Source: an uncultured Alphaproteobacteria bacterium (lineage in GTDB: Bacteria; Pseudomonadota; Alphaproteobacteria; HIMB59; GCA-002718135). Taken from it: 64,000 nt of DNA. The notes under the pieces were generated by a model that saw only the letters and a program-made list of their open reading frames with translations, made no database searches and was not told the origin of the DNA. Shown in pieces: positions 45,881-57,003 of the stretch; the stretch's first letter is position 1, and each line of letters starts with the position of its first letter. Both the position numbers and the translations under genes were made by a program. The DNA is taken from assembly GCA_902522015.1 (NCBI GenBank), contig CABYTX010000002.1:716-64715 (forward strand), given 5' to 3'.

Positions 45881-47276
45881 AAATGAATTAGCTATTTCAG
45901 CTTTTAATAGAGAGAATTGCAAAACTGGTATTGTTCATCTTGGTGTTGGGAACTTTCATAGAGCTCATCAGGCAGATTATATAAATGAATATCTCAATAC
46001 GTTTAATGATCTTAATTGGGGAATTTGTGGAATTAATTTAAGAAAAGAAGATTGCAAAAAATTTGATAATCTTAAATTAAAAAAAGGAAAATATATTCTT
46101 AAAACAATTTCTACATCAGGAGAAGAAGAATATAAAGAAATTAATTCGATAATTGAATTAATAGACTGGAGTAGAAATAAAGAAGAAGCTGAAGATGCGC
46201 TTGCAAATCCAGATGTAAAATTAGTTACTATGACTGTTACTGAAAGTGGTTACTATATAAATGAAAAAAATAAATTAAATTTAAATCTAGAAATTATTAA
46301 AAATAATATTGAAGGAAAAGAAAACAGTATCATTTATTCCTATCTCATGGCAGCTTTAAAAAAAAGGATGGTGTCTATAAATAAAAAAATAACATTATTG
46401 TGTTGTGACAATATTAGGGAAAATGGAGTAATGTTACAAGACTGTTTAAAGCAATACTTATCAGCATCTAAAGAATATGAACTTTTAGAATGGATAGAAA
46501 ATAATGTAAGTTTTCCCTCTTGTGTTGTTGATCGAATTACTCCTAGAACCCCTGAATTTTTAAAATCTGAAATAATGGAAAAATTTAGTTTAGATGATAA
46601 TTGTGGTGTTATGGCTGAGCCATTTATTCAATGGATAATAGAGGATGACTTCATCAATGAAAGACCAAGACTGGAAGATGTTGGTGTCAAGTTTGTGGAT
46701 GATGTTTTTCCTTATGAAGAAGCAAAAATTAGAATTCTTAATGGAGCTCACGTAGCATTAAGTTATTTTGGTGCACTTAAGGGTTACACAACGTATGATG
46801 AAGCAATATCTGATAAAAATTTGGAACAATATTTCTTTGAAATTCAACAAAAAGAAATATTACCAGCTCTTGTACACAAACCCTTTAATTTAGAGGAATA
46901 TATGATCACGATTTATGAAAGGTTTAAAAACAAAAATATTGCTGATAAATTAGAGAGGATTGCAATGGATGGAGTAGGTAAATTTCCAATATTTATATTA
47001 CCGACCATACATAATTGCTTTGAAAAAAAAATAATTCCGGAAAACTGTATTGATGCAATCGCGAGTTGGTATGTTTTTATGTTGAAAATAAAAGATAAAA
47101 AATTAAATTTTGAATATTATGAACCCAGTTGGGAATGGATAAAATATTATTTAGAAAAAGAAAAAGTTATTGAATTTATAAATTGTGTAGAACTTTGGGG
47201 TGATACACCAAAACAGTTTCCTTTATTTTCTCAAATTTTAGAGGAAAAAATTAATTTTTTAAAAAATATTTACTAA
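45870..47276 (+). CDS. Mannitol-2-dehydrogenase-family (long-chain polyol/mannonate) oxidoreductase
   Basis: 468 aa with IVHLGVGNFHRAHQA, CDN..NG, VDRITP and LNGAH. Confidence 0.8.
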   Translation: MMNKNELAISAFNRENCKTGIVHLGVGNFHRAHQADYINEYLNTFNDLNWGICGINLRKEDCKKFDNLKLKKGKYILKTISTSGEEEYKEINSIIELIDWSRNKEEAEDALANPDVKLVTMTVTESGYYINEKNKLNLNLEIIKNNIEGKENSIIYSYLMAALKKRMVSINKKITLLCCDNIRENGVMLQDCLKQYLSASKEYELLEWIENNVSFPSCVVDRITPRTPEFLKSEIMEKFSLDDNCGVMAEPFIQWIIEDDFINERPRLEDVGVKFVDDVFPYEEAKIRILNGAHVALSYFGALKGYTTYDEAISDKNLEQYFFEIQQKEILPALVHKPFNLEEYMITIYERFKNKNIADKLERIAMDGVGKFPIFILPTIHNCFEKKIIPENCIDAIASWYVFMLKIKDKKLNFEYYEPSWEWIKYYLEKEKVIEFINCVELWGDTPKQFPLFSQILEEKINFLKNIY

Positions 47277-48757
47277 AAAATCAGATTTTGAGCGATCTTA
47301 TTATTACTGTTATATAAATCTTTCCAAATTGAATATCTTTTTAATAAAAGATCAATATTATCTTCATTAGGCTCATAAGTTTTACTTATTTTTATTTCAC
47401 TAATAATATTTTCTTTATTATCATTAGTAGCATCTTGATACATAGCTAATCTTGCAACGCCAAGTGCGGCACCAAATTCGCTCTGATCACAAACACTTAA
47501 TTGCCTATTTAAAAGTGATGCAAGCAATTCAATCCAAAATGAACTTTTTGATCCTCCTCCAACCATAAATATTTTATCAAAGTTATTATTAACTTTCAAA
47601 ATAGAATTTACTCCATCTAATATCCCAAAACTGACACCTTCAATTACTGCATACTGTAGATCTGTTGCATTTGTTGTTGTTTTTATAGAATGAAGCGAAC
47701 CTCTAATATGCGGATCATTATGTGGGGTTCTTTCTCCAGACAAATAAGGTAAAAAATATGAAGAATTTTTTACAGAATTTTGATCATTATAAAAGTGCTC
47801 TACATTATTGAGTGTATCCGTAATTGCAGTATTGGTTATGGTGCAAATCCAATCTAAACAATTACTTGCACTTAACATAACAGACATTAAGTGCCATTTA
47901 TTTGGTAAACAATGACAAAAAGAATGCACTGCATCACCAGTATTACTCAAAAAATTTTCAGTGGGAGTAAAAAAAACCCCTGAAGTGCCAAGAGATATAA
48001 ATGATTGATTTTTATTTGTTATACCCATACCAGTTGCTGCAGCAGCATTATCACCTGCCCCACCCACAACTTTAACATTATTGTTAAAATTAAATTTCTC
48101 TTTTAATTCATTTTTTAAAAATCCTGTTTGCTCATTTCCTTCCACTAAATCTGGCATATGTTTTTCTTCTAAAAATGAGCAAGATAAAAGTTGATTAGAC
48201 CATTTTCTTTTTTGAATATCTAGCCATAATGTTCCTGATGCATCTGACATTTCAGAAAAAAACTCACCAGTAAGAACAAATCGTAAATAATCTTTCGGAA
48301 GTAAAACTTTGAAAATTTTTTTAAAATTATCTATTTCATTATTTTTTATCCAATTTATTTTTGGTGCAGTAAAACCAGGCATAGTAATATTTCCTGAAAT
48401 TGATCGTACATCAAAATTTTGTTTTTCAAATTCTTCACATTCTTTATATGATCTTGAATCATTCCAAAGAATACATGGTCTAATAACTTTTCCATCCTTA
48501 TCTATTAACGTAGCTCCATGCATATGACCGGATATTCCTATTGAAATAGTTTGTGAAAATTCTTTTGGTTTTTTTGACTTTAAAGCCTCCAAGCATTTCA
48601 TTGTTGAGTCAATCCATTCTTGTGGATTTTGTTCACTAAAACCATCTTTTGGGGATTGTACAGTAAGACTTGAATTAGCAGATGCAAGGATGCTTTGATT
48701 TTGATCTATTAAAATCATTTTGATTGATGAAGTTCCAAGATCAATTCCAATAAACAT
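47273..48757 (-). CDS. xylB: Xylulokinase (FGGY carbohydrate kinase)
   Basis: 494 aa with FIGIDLGTSSIK, WNDSR, GAGDNAAAA and GGGSKS. Confidence 0.85.
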   Translation of the reverse strand: MFIGIDLGTSSIKMILIDQNQSILASANSSLTVQSPKDGFSEQNPQEWIDSTMKCLEALKSKKPKEFSQTISIGISGHMHGATLIDKDGKVIRPCILWNDSRSYKECEEFEKQNFDVRSISGNITMPGFTAPKINWIKNNEIDNFKKIFKVLLPKDYLRFVLTGEFFSEMSDASGTLWLDIQKRKWSNQLLSCSFLEEKHMPDLVEGNEQTGFLKNELKEKFNFNNNVKVVGGAGDNAAAATGMGITNKNQSFISLGTSGVFFTPTENFLSNTGDAVHSFCHCLPNKWHLMSVMLSASNCLDWICTITNTAITDTLNNVEHFYNDQNSVKNSSYFLPYLSGERTPHNDPHIRGSLHSIKTTTNATDLQYAVIEGVSFGILDGVNSILKVNNNFDKIFMVGGGSKSSFWIELLASLLNRQLSVCDQSEFGAALGVARLAMYQDATNDNKENIISEIKISKTYEPNEDNIDLLLKRYSIWKDLYNSNNKIAQNLIF

Positions 48758-48806
48758 AGGGTAAATTTATAACATTAATTTTTTAATTGATACAAACAAA
48801 TTAAAA

Positions 48807-49667
48807 CTACTTGTAAGAATATCTAAATATAAATATTCCCGATGAAACGATGATGATTGCTCCTATTATTGTAAATATATCTGGGATTTCTTCATACACT
48901 AACAAGCCAAAAATTATTCCCCAAACAATTATAGTATAATTATAAGGCGCTAAAATACTTGCTGGTGTTATACTCAATGCTTTGATTTGTAAAAATAACC
49001 CAGTACAAAAAAAGATACCCAAGAAAATAAAAAAGATAAAAGAAAATGAATGTAAGGGTTGCCAAAAAAAAAGTGATAATACAAATGTAATGATAGCACC
49101 TATAAGACCATTGTAGAATAACATAGTTTCATTATCATCATACTTAGCATTTAATCTTGTTGCTATTTGAAATAGTGAATAGAAAAAAGCAGCACATAAT
49201 GGGATAATTAGATATGGATTAAATATAGTTAGTCCAGGTCGCATAATTAGAATAACTCCACAAAAACTTACACCAATCGCTAACCAAGTGGCTACATTTA
49301 TTTTTTCTTTTAAAATAAAATAAGAAAAAATTAAAACTAGAACAGGGGCTAAAGATCCTATTGTGTGAGCATCTGCCAGAGCCAAGTACCTAAAAGACAA
49401 TACAAAAAAACAAGATTCACATACAGATAAAATACATCTAGTTATTTGTATCTTGTAATTATTTGAAAGATAAAATTTTTTAACTTTATTTTTTTTTGCA
49501 ATAAAAAAAGAAAAAATAAAACAGAAAGTAAATTTTACAAATAATAATACAAAAACAGAGTGATATTGAACTGCTGTTTTTTGAATTGTATCTAAAATAC
49601 CAAAAGATAAATACGTTAAAAGAGTTAAAATAATTCCATAGGTATAGGGATTTGATTTCATGTTCAT
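48807..49667 (-). CDS. EamA/DMT-family transporter
   Basis: 286 aa, about 10 TM segments, with a duplicated EamA-like architecture. Confidence 0.75.
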   Translation of the reverse strand: MNMKSNPYTYGIILTLLTYLSFGILDTIQKTAVQYHSVFVLLFVKFTFCFIFSFFIAKKNKVKKFYLSNNYKIQITRCILSVCESCFFVLSFRYLALADAHTIGSLAPVLVLIFSYFILKEKINVATWLAIGVSFCGVILIMRPGLTIFNPYLIIPLCAAFFYSLFQIATRLNAKYDDNETMLFYNGLIGAIITFVLSLFFWQPLHSFSFIFFIFLGIFFCTGLFLQIKALSITPASILAPYNYTIIVWGIIFGLLVYEEIPDIFTIIGAIIIVSSGIFIFRYSYK

Positions 49668-50857
49668 TAAAGATTTTTAAAGATATTATTGTAAAAATCT
49701 TTTTTAATATTCTTATCTGCATCTAATATTTGCATCATTAAAACAGCTGACAAATTATTTTTTGGATCCGATAAAAAGTAAGTAGCGGCATAGCCTGACC
49801 ATCCAAATTCACCAACTGGACCAAACTTATTTTGAGTGGTATTATTCATTAAAACTCTAAATCCTAAACCCCAACCATACCCATCTAAATCATTTTCATA
49901 ATCTTCATCTTTATTTGTATTAATTGAAGTAATTTCAATTGGAAGTAACTCTTTATTTAAAGAATTATTTCTCATCAATTCTAGACTTTGAACATTAATG
50001 AGCTCTTTTCCATTTTTATTCTTACCATTAATAAGCATAGTAGCAAATTTTTCATAATCTTCAGCTGTAGAAAACAAACCATGGCCTCCTCTGGAATAAT
50101 TTTTATTATTTGTTGGATACCCATATAAAATTAATTTTCTTTTATCGTAGTTTATATTTGTTAGTTTTAATTTATCACTATTGTATTCAAATGTATCAAG
50201 TAACTTTTTAATACTATTTTCATCAATATAAAAATTTGTATCATTCATTTCTAAAGGTAAAAAAATATTTTCATTTAAAATATTTGAAATTTTATCTTTT
50301 GTTACAACTTCTATAATTCTGGCTAAAACATCTATAGATATAGAATAATGCCATTTTGAACCAGGTTCATATAATAGAGGTAATTCAGAAATTTTACTAA
50401 TCTCTTCCTCCAAACTAGAAGATGGAGAATGAAATAGACTCCTGTCTTCATATTCTTTAGCTAAAAAATTATCACAACTATTATACGTAAAGCCTGCTGT
50501 ATGTTGTAAAAGTTGTCTAATAGTAGGTTTATTTTCTAGAGAAGTTGTATTGTTTAAGTTACTCTCAATACTGCTAAGTTTTTTTAAATTTTTAAAATCA
50601 GATATATGTTTATCTATAGTATCATCAAGAGATAAGAAATTTTTTTCAATTAGCTGCATTGCTGCAAAACCAATAATTGGCTTTGTCATTGACCAAATTC
50701 TGTAATATGAATTTTTATTAAGTTTATTTTTTAACTCCAAATCTCTGTAACCAATTGCTTCATGATAAATATTATTTTTATAATTTATTATCCATTCAGC
50801 TCCATTACATCTACCAGCATCAATGTGTTTTTGAAAATCTAATTTAATATTATCCAT
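49667..50857 (-). CDS. Serine hydrolase of the beta-lactamase / class-C (AmpC-like esterase) family
   Basis: 396 aa with the SxxK motif in RIWSMTKPIIG, a later Y-x-N-like segment (YSIS) and a C-terminal GWSG. Confidence 0.75.
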   Translation of the reverse strand: MDNIKLDFQKHIDAGRCNGAEWIINYKNNIYHEAIGYRDLELKNKLNKNSYYRIWSMTKPIIGFAAMQLIEKNFLSLDDTIDKHISDFKNLKKLSSIESNLNNTTSLENKPTIRQLLQHTAGFTYNSCDNFLAKEYEDRSLFHSPSSSLEEEISKISELPLLYEPGSKWHYSISIDVLARIIEVVTKDKISNILNENIFLPLEMNDTNFYIDENSIKKLLDTFEYNSDKLKLTNINYDKRKLILYGYPTNNKNYSRGGHGLFSTAEDYEKFATMLINGKNKNGKELINVQSLELMRNNSLNKELLPIEITSINTNKDEDYENDLDGYGWGLGFRVLMNNTTQNKFGPVGEFGWSGYAATYFLSDPKNNLSAVLMMQILDADKNIKKDFYNNIFKNL

Positions 50858-50864
50858 AACTGGA

Positions 50865-51863
50865 TTAGATTAGACTCTTTATTTTTTCTATTAGCTCTGA
50901 ATTAATTTGTCTTGGGCCTTTATCTTTCCTATTTGTATGTCTTCGTTGTCCTGGTAAACGCACACCCTCTAAGGATGTCATTTGTTCAAAAAATTTCTCA
51001 GCATGTTCATTCCAATTTTTTCCTGCAATGAGCTCTGGAGATAAGGCCATAATAAATTCACCACCCCTTGCAGGACCTCCATCATTATTGTCTTCTTCTT
51101 TAGCTTCAAAACTAAATAAATCTCCTACTAGACCTGCAGCTAATAACTCAATCATCATTGCTATTGCAGAACCTTTGTAGTCACCAAATGTTAAAAGGAC
51201 TCCTCCATTTGCAATGTCAGATGGATTATCAGTTTTTTCTCCATCTTTATTTAAGCCTGTTCCAAATGGAACTTTATGGCCATCACGTGCTGCAACCTGA
51301 ACTTCCCCCATCGCCATTGTTGAAGTTGCCATATCGTAGACTACTGGTGTATTATTTTTTCTAGGCCAAGCAAATGATATGGGATTTGTTCCAAATAGTG
51401 GTTTTTTTGCACCAGCTGGAGCTACGCTTGGTTTATAAGCTGTACAAGCAATCCCAACTAAGTTGTTTTCAGCCAATGCTTCAGTTTCGTGCCATAAGGC
51501 TGCAAAGTGATGAGTATTTGATATAGTTAAAACACCAACTCCATTTTTATTTGTCGTTTTTATCAATTCAGGCAAACCAACTTTTATACCTACAGGAGCA
51601 AACCCATAATCACCTTCAACACGAATCGCATTTTGTGTAAGATAGGTATTTGAAGGTCGTGAAGCTCCATTTACTTTTTTACTTTTTAGCGAAGCTACAT
51701 AACCAGGAATTCGAAATAAACCATGAGAAACACTTCCATCTCTTTCAGCATGTGAAACTGTTGTCGCTACAGAATCAGCATTGAAATGATCGCATCCATT
51801 AGTTGATAAAGCTTTATATGCTAGATCATATATATTTTCTAATTCTAATGGCGTGGTATTCAT
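50865..51863 (-). CDS. Ldh2-family (malate/L-lactate/sulfolactate-type) NAD(P)H oxidoreductase
   Basis: 332 aa with HAERDGSVSHGLFR, TNPISFAWP and GDYKGSAIAMMIELLAG, which are typical of Ldh_2. Confidence 0.75.
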   Translation of the reverse strand: MNTTPLELENIYDLAYKALSTNGCDHFNADSVATTVSHAERDGSVSHGLFRIPGYVASLKSKKVNGASRPSNTYLTQNAIRVEGDYGFAPVGIKVGLPELIKTTNKNGVGVLTISNTHHFAALWHETEALAENNLVGIACTAYKPSVAPAGAKKPLFGTNPISFAWPRKNNTPVVYDMATSTMAMGEVQVAARDGHKVPFGTGLNKDGEKTDNPSDIANGGVLLTFGDYKGSAIAMMIELLAAGLVGDLFSFEAKEEDNNDGGPARGGEFIMALSPELIAGKNWNEHAEKFFEQMTSLEGVRLPGQRRHTNRKDKGPRQINSELIEKIKSLI

Positions 51864-51896
51864 TTACTTTTATTGAATAATTAATATTATTAATTC

Positions 51897-53267
51897 ATGG
51901 ATAGAGGATTATTGGACAATTTAAAAGATATTTTACAAGAAAGAATATCATTTTCAGAAAGTGTAAGAAATAATCATGCAAAAGGTGAAGATGCTTATGA
52001 TCCTGTTCTACCTAGAGCAGTTTTATTTCCAAACAATAATGAAGAACTTTCAAAGATACTTAAAATTTGTAATGAATTTAAAGTACCAGTAACTGCCTAT
52101 GGCACAGGCACATCATTAGAGGGTCATGTCGTTGGAAATGATGAAGGTTTCACAATTTCTATGGAAAATTTTAACAAAATTATATCTATTAATGAGTCAG
52201 ACTTTGATTGTCGAGTTCAAGCAAATGTGTCTAGAGAACAACTCAATGAAACTTTAAAAGATAAAGGAGTTTTCTTTCCAATTGATCCTGGTGCTAATGC
52301 TTCTCTGGGGGGTATGGCTGCTTGTTCTGCTTCAGGAACAATGGCAGTGAGATATGGTACAATGAGAACTACAGTCCTTGGTTTAACGGTTGTAATGGCC
52401 AATGGTGAAATTATAAATACAGGAACAAGATCTAAAAAAACATCTGCAGGATATAATCTAACCAATCTTTTTGTTGGATCAGAGGGAACATTAGGAATAA
52501 TAACTGAAGTGCATCTAAGATTGTCTCCAATTCCAGAGAGTATAATGAGTGCTGTTTGTCAATTCCCTGATCTAGACTCTGCAGTTTTAACAGCACAAGA
52601 AATAATTCAATATGGCGTCCCTATTGCAAGAGTAGAGTTATTAAATAAAGATCAAATGGATATAAGTATACGATACTCACAACTAGACAATTTAGACCGT
52701 CTACCCACACTTTTCTACGAGTTTCATGGTAGCGAGATTTCAAATAAAGAATCGATTGATGTAGTGGAAGAAATTTCTAAAAATAATAATGGCAGTGAAT
52801 TTAAATGGGCAACAAATACAGAAGAAAGAAACAAAATCTGGAAAGCAAGACATAATGTTTATTATTCTGTAAAAGCACAAGGTGATAATATTAGAGTGTA
52901 TGTTACTGATGTTTGTGTGCCTATTTCAAATATTGTAGAATGTATTAAATTTGCAGAAACAGAACTTCGTGTTACTGGATTAAAAGCACCAATGGTTGGT
53001 CATGTGGGTGATGGAAATTTTCATGTATCTATTATCTATGATCCTAGTAAAGAAAATGAATACAAATATATTAGAGAATTTAGTAATAAATTAATTGATA
53101 AAGCTTTAGAGATGGAAGGAACAATTACTGGTGAGCATGGTATTGGTCTTCAAAAAAAAGAGTATTTACTGAAACAACACCCCGATAATATTCCGTTAAT
53201 GAAATTAATTAAAAAAAGTTTCGATCCAAATAATATTTTAAATCCAGGTAAGGTTTTTGATTTATAA
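51897..53267 (+). CDS. FAD-linked oxidase (D-lactate dehydrogenase / GlcD-like)
   Basis: 456 aa with an FAD_binding_4-like N-terminus (VTAYGTGTSLEGH, GANASLGGM) and the C-terminal GTITGEHGIG...LNPGKV. Confidence 0.8.
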   Translation: MDRGLLDNLKDILQERISFSESVRNNHAKGEDAYDPVLPRAVLFPNNNEELSKILKICNEFKVPVTAYGTGTSLEGHVVGNDEGFTISMENFNKIISINESDFDCRVQANVSREQLNETLKDKGVFFPIDPGANASLGGMAACSASGTMAVRYGTMRTTVLGLTVVMANGEIINTGTRSKKTSAGYNLTNLFVGSEGTLGIITEVHLRLSPIPESIMSAVCQFPDLDSAVLTAQEIIQYGVPIARVELLNKDQMDISIRYSQLDNLDRLPTLFYEFHGSEISNKESIDVVEEISKNNNGSEFKWATNTEERNKIWKARHNVYYSVKAQGDNIRVYVTDVCVPISNIVECIKFAETELRVTGLKAPMVGHVGDGNFHVSIIYDPSKENEYKYIREFSNKLIDKALEMEGTITGEHGIGLQKKEYLLKQHPDNIPLMKLIKKSFDPNNILNPGKVFDL

Positions 53268-53274
53268 AAATTAA

Positions 53275-55008
53275 TTAATGACTATGCCTTTTTACTTCAG
53301 CACCTCTTTTACCAATAAGAAAATCTAAGTCTGCACCTTTGTCAGCTTGCATGACATGTTCTATATACATTTTTTGGTAACCGCCTGTGATTTCTGGAAC
53401 GACAGGTGAATAATTTTCTAGACGATTTTTTATTGTTTCGTCATCAACTTTTAAATTCATTGTACCACTAGTAACATCTACTTCTATTTCATCTCCATTT
53501 TGTACTGCTGCTAAAGGACCTTTAACTGCGGCTTCTGGAGCTGTATGCAGTATTACTGTGCCATATGCTGTTCCACTCATTCTAGCGTCAGATATTCTAA
53601 TCATATCTCTCACACCTTTCTTAAGAACTTTTTGTGGAAGTCTCATATTGCCAACTTCTGCCATACCAGGATAACCTTTTGGCCCACAGTTTTTTAAAAC
53701 TAATATTGAATTTTCATCAACTTCTAAATTAGGATCATCAATCTTTTCATGAAACTCTTCTACACTTTCAAAGACTACGGCTTTTCCCGTATGTTTCATT
53801 AATTCAGGCGATGCAGCTGATGGTTTAATAATTGCACCATTTGGAGCAATATTACCCCTAAGAATTTTAATTCCTCCATTTTTTGTTAATGGATTTTCAA
53901 ATTCTTTGATAACATCATTATTCCAACATTTAGCATTTATATTATTCTCAGCTATAGTTTTTCCATTAACAGTCATTTCATTTTCTTCTAATAGATTTTT
54001 TTCCATTAATCTTTTTATAACTACAGGAACACCACCAGCATAATAAAAATCTTCCATTAAGTATTTTCCAGAAGGTTGTAGATTTACTAATGTTGGAATA
54101 CCGTCTCCACATTTATTCCAATCTTCTAAATCTAGATCTATTTCCATTCGACCTGCGATTGCAGCTAGATGGATAACTGCATTTGTAGATCCCCCTATTG
54201 CTCCATTGACCTTGATTGCATTTTCAAACGATTTTTTTGTAACAATTTTTGACATAGTTATATCTTCCTTAACCATTTCAACAATTCTTTTTCCAGACAT
54301 ATGAGCTAAGGCATATCTTCTTGAGTCAACTGCAGGTATCGCAGCATTTCCAGGTAGTGACATCCCTAGTGCTTCTACCATTGATCCCATTGTTGATGCA
54401 GTACCCATTGTCATACAATTACCTTTTGATCTACTCATTGAAATTTCTGCATTAATAAAGTCTTCTTCTGTAATTACACCAGCGTTTAAATCTGCATCAA
54501 GTTTCCAAACACCAGTGCCAGAACCTATTGTTTCACCTTGATGATGTCCATTAAGCATTGGACCACCTGAAACACCTATTGTAGGAAGATCTACACTTGC
54601 AGCCCCCATCATTAATGAAGGTGTTGTTTTATCACACCCCATTAATAGTACGACTCCGTCTATAGGATTACCCCTTATTGCTTCTTCAACATCCATACTT
54701 GCTAAATTTCTAAACAACATAGCTGTAGGTCTTAAATTGGATTCACTTGCTGAAAAAACAGGAAATTCAAGAGGAAAACCGCCAGCTTCATAAACACCTT
54801 TTTTGACAGACTCTGCTATCTCTCTAAAATGACCATTACAAGGAGTTAATTCTGACCATGTATTACAAATACCAATTACAGGACGGCCATCAAACAAATG
54901 ATTTGGATGACCTTGATTTCTCATCCAACCTCTATGAATAAATGTATCTCTTCGATGTGATTTAGAATTATACCAATTAGAAGATCTAAATTTATTTTTT
55001 TTATTCAT
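53275..55008 (-). CDS. IlvD/Edd-family sugar-acid dehydratase (xylonate/arabinonate-dehydratase-like)
   Basis: 577 aa with GRPVIGICNTWSELTPCN, GCDKTTP, SGGPMLNGH and GNCMTMGTAS. The N-terminal region resembles pentonate dehydratases more than IlvD. Confidence 0.88.
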   Translation of the reverse strand: MNKKNKFRSSNWYNSKSHRRDTFIHRGWMRNQGHPNHLFDGRPVIGICNTWSELTPCNGHFREIAESVKKGVYEAGGFPLEFPVFSASESNLRPTAMLFRNLASMDVEEAIRGNPIDGVVLLMGCDKTTPSLMMGAASVDLPTIGVSGGPMLNGHHQGETIGSGTGVWKLDADLNAGVITEEDFINAEISMSRSKGNCMTMGTASTMGSMVEALGMSLPGNAAIPAVDSRRYALAHMSGKRIVEMVKEDITMSKIVTKKSFENAIKVNGAIGGSTNAVIHLAAIAGRMEIDLDLEDWNKCGDGIPTLVNLQPSGKYLMEDFYYAGGVPVVIKRLMEKNLLEENEMTVNGKTIAENNINAKCWNNDVIKEFENPLTKNGGIKILRGNIAPNGAIIKPSAASPELMKHTGKAVVFESVEEFHEKIDDPNLEVDENSILVLKNCGPKGYPGMAEVGNMRLPQKVLKKGVRDMIRISDARMSGTAYGTVILHTAPEAAVKGPLAAVQNGDEIEVDVTSGTMNLKVDDETIKNRLENYSPVVPEITGGYQKMYIEHVMQADKGADLDFLIGKRGAEVKRHSH

Positions 55009-55040
55009 GTGTAAAAGTTTTAGCTAATTAAAGTAAAAAA

Positions 55041-55916
55041 TCAAATTTTAAATTTATTATCTTCAAGACCAGGTACATTAACATTTAATGCAAATAAACT
55101 ACCATCATGTTGATTTTTACCCGAATTTGTAGCACTTGTGATAAATAAAGTTTTTAGATCACTTCCACCAAATACACAATTTGTTACATTTTCAACAGGT
55201 AGCTCATAAATTTTATCTATTCTTCCTCTAGGATCAATTCTCACTACACATGATCCACCCCAACGACAATTCCAAATAAAACCATCACTATCAATAGTTG
55301 ATCCATCTGGAGCACCTCTATCAAAATCAAAGAAGTTTTTTTTGTCTGACAAACTACCATCATCTAGGTTAAAATTGTATTCTAGTAATGATCCCTCAGT
55401 TGTATCAGCAAAATAAAATTTTGTGTTATCTGGACTCCAAACAAATGTATTAGGTATACCAAGATTTGTTTCAACAATATTTACTTTATTATCAGATAGA
55501 CAATATAAACTCCCAGATTTAGCATTTAAAGATTTTGCACTTCCATCTAGATTAAAATTATTTTGCATCGTCCCAAACCAAAGCCTACCTTTAGCATCTG
55601 ATGCACCATCATTAGATCTATTTGTTAAAATATCATCTTCAACATTAATTATTCTTTCATATTTTTTAGATTGAAAGTTAAATTTATTTACTCCATTATT
55701 AGAGACTAAAGCAATTTCATTCTTTGAGATTATTGACGTTGCTGTTACAAAATCAGGTAAATCAAAAATTTCTAATCTTTCGTTATCTAAATTAATTCTG
55801 AATAAAACTGATTTTGGTTTAATATCTACCCAAAGTAAACTTTGATCAATTGAAGACCACGTTATACCTTCTCCTAAACTATTTTTTACATCTTTAAATA
55901 ACTCAACCTTACTCAT
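55041..55916 (-). CDS. SMP-30/gluconolactonase/LRE-family lactonase
   Basis: 291 aa with LGEGITWSSIDQSLLWVDI, SNDGASDAKGRLWFGTM, PDGSTIDSDGFIWN and LFITSA. Confidence 0.8.
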   Translation of the reverse strand: MSKVELFKDVKNSLGEGITWSSIDQSLLWVDIKPKSVLFRINLDNERLEIFDLPDFVTATSIISKNEIALVSNNGVNKFNFQSKKYERIINVEDDILTNRSNDGASDAKGRLWFGTMQNNFNLDGSAKSLNAKSGSLYCLSDNKVNIVETNLGIPNTFVWSPDNTKFYFADTTEGSLLEYNFNLDDGSLSDKKNFFDFDRGAPDGSTIDSDGFIWNCRWGGSCVVRIDPRGRIDKIYELPVENVTNCVFGGSDLKTLFITSATNSGKNQHDGSLFALNVNVPGLEDNKFKI

Positions 55917-55960
55917 ATTTTAGATCATTATAATAAAATTTAAAATTTATGAAGATAAGT

Positions 55961-56968
55961 TTAGAGGTAATGGGCTTTATCTTTGATACGAGCCATTACT
56001 TCTTTGGTTGCTTCTTCAGACCCATCATGGAACGTACCCATTAATTTATCTAAGAAACTAGTATTTCCACCTGAATAATTACATTCAAAATATCTATGAT
56101 GTATGTAATGCATATAATCACCTGTTGGAATTGAAACACCATTTTTGAAAGTCATTTTCTCATATCCTGTATGTCCAGGTGTAGGGGCTAAACCAGCATG
56201 AAATACATGATACATCGCAACAAGAGGATGTGAAGGGATTATCCAATGAACTAAAATTCCTGAAAAATAGAGTATATGCTCTATTGGATGCATAGACATA
56301 CCTGACCAAGCACCTGTGTTCGTATTACGGTGATGAACTTTATGAGCAATTTTATAAAGTGGTGCCCAGTGTAATAATCTATGAGTTAAATAAAAATGTG
56401 CGTCTCTTATAAATGGAACAAGAAAGAACATAAAACAACAATATATCGGATAAACCTCCCAGCTTACATATGGGATTATTTGATTTGCAAATGCCCAAAA
56501 TGTAATTACTTCATAAGCTGTCCATAATGGAATAGCACTACAAAAAGTATAGAATAGGTTGTCTTTAGTCTGATCATTAAATAAAAAAGTTGAGTTATTT
56601 TTTTCTAGAGGTCGTGGGTTATATTTAAATGAAGTTCCTTGAGTCTTCAGTCTTAAATGAAAGAAGCCTGTCCAAAGCAAAATAATAACTGCGTTTCTGA
56701 AAAATATGTAGGATATCCATCCTATTTCAAAAGTCTTCATTGTCTCTAAGGAAGGAGTCAAAAAAAGATATGTAGCAACTGTTATTGCTGCGAAAACAAA
56801 AGTCCATGGAAAAAAAATTCCAGGAAATTTAAAAAAATACTTTAAAAATTTTACCGGGTTAAAAAATATATCTTTAGGTGGGTTAATACTTATTGTACCA
56901 AATGGTTTCCAATGACCTCTTTTGTCTCTAGTACCAAAATCGCTATCATTTAGTTGATTCCTCATCAT
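55961..56968 (-). CDS. Fatty-acid-hydroxylase / sterol-desaturase-superfamily membrane di-iron protein
   Basis: 335 aa, multi-TM. His boxes are HFYLTHRLLH, HKVHH, HPIEH and HYIHH. Confidence 0.7.
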   Translation of the reverse strand: MMRNQLNDSDFGTRDKRGHWKPFGTISINPPKDIFFNPVKFLKYFFKFPGIFFPWTFVFAAITVATYLFLTPSLETMKTFEIGWISYIFFRNAVIILLWTGFFHLRLKTQGTSFKYNPRPLEKNNSTFLFNDQTKDNLFYTFCSAIPLWTAYEVITFWAFANQIIPYVSWEVYPIYCCFMFFLVPFIRDAHFYLTHRLLHWAPLYKIAHKVHHRNTNTGAWSGMSMHPIEHILYFSGILVHWIIPSHPLVAMYHVFHAGLAPTPGHTGYEKMTFKNGVSIPTGDYMHYIHHRYFECNYSGGNTSFLDKLMGTFHDGSEEATKEVMARIKDKAHYL

Positions 56969-57003
56969 GTATTTATAGTATATTTTGAATAAAAAAAAAG
57001 AGA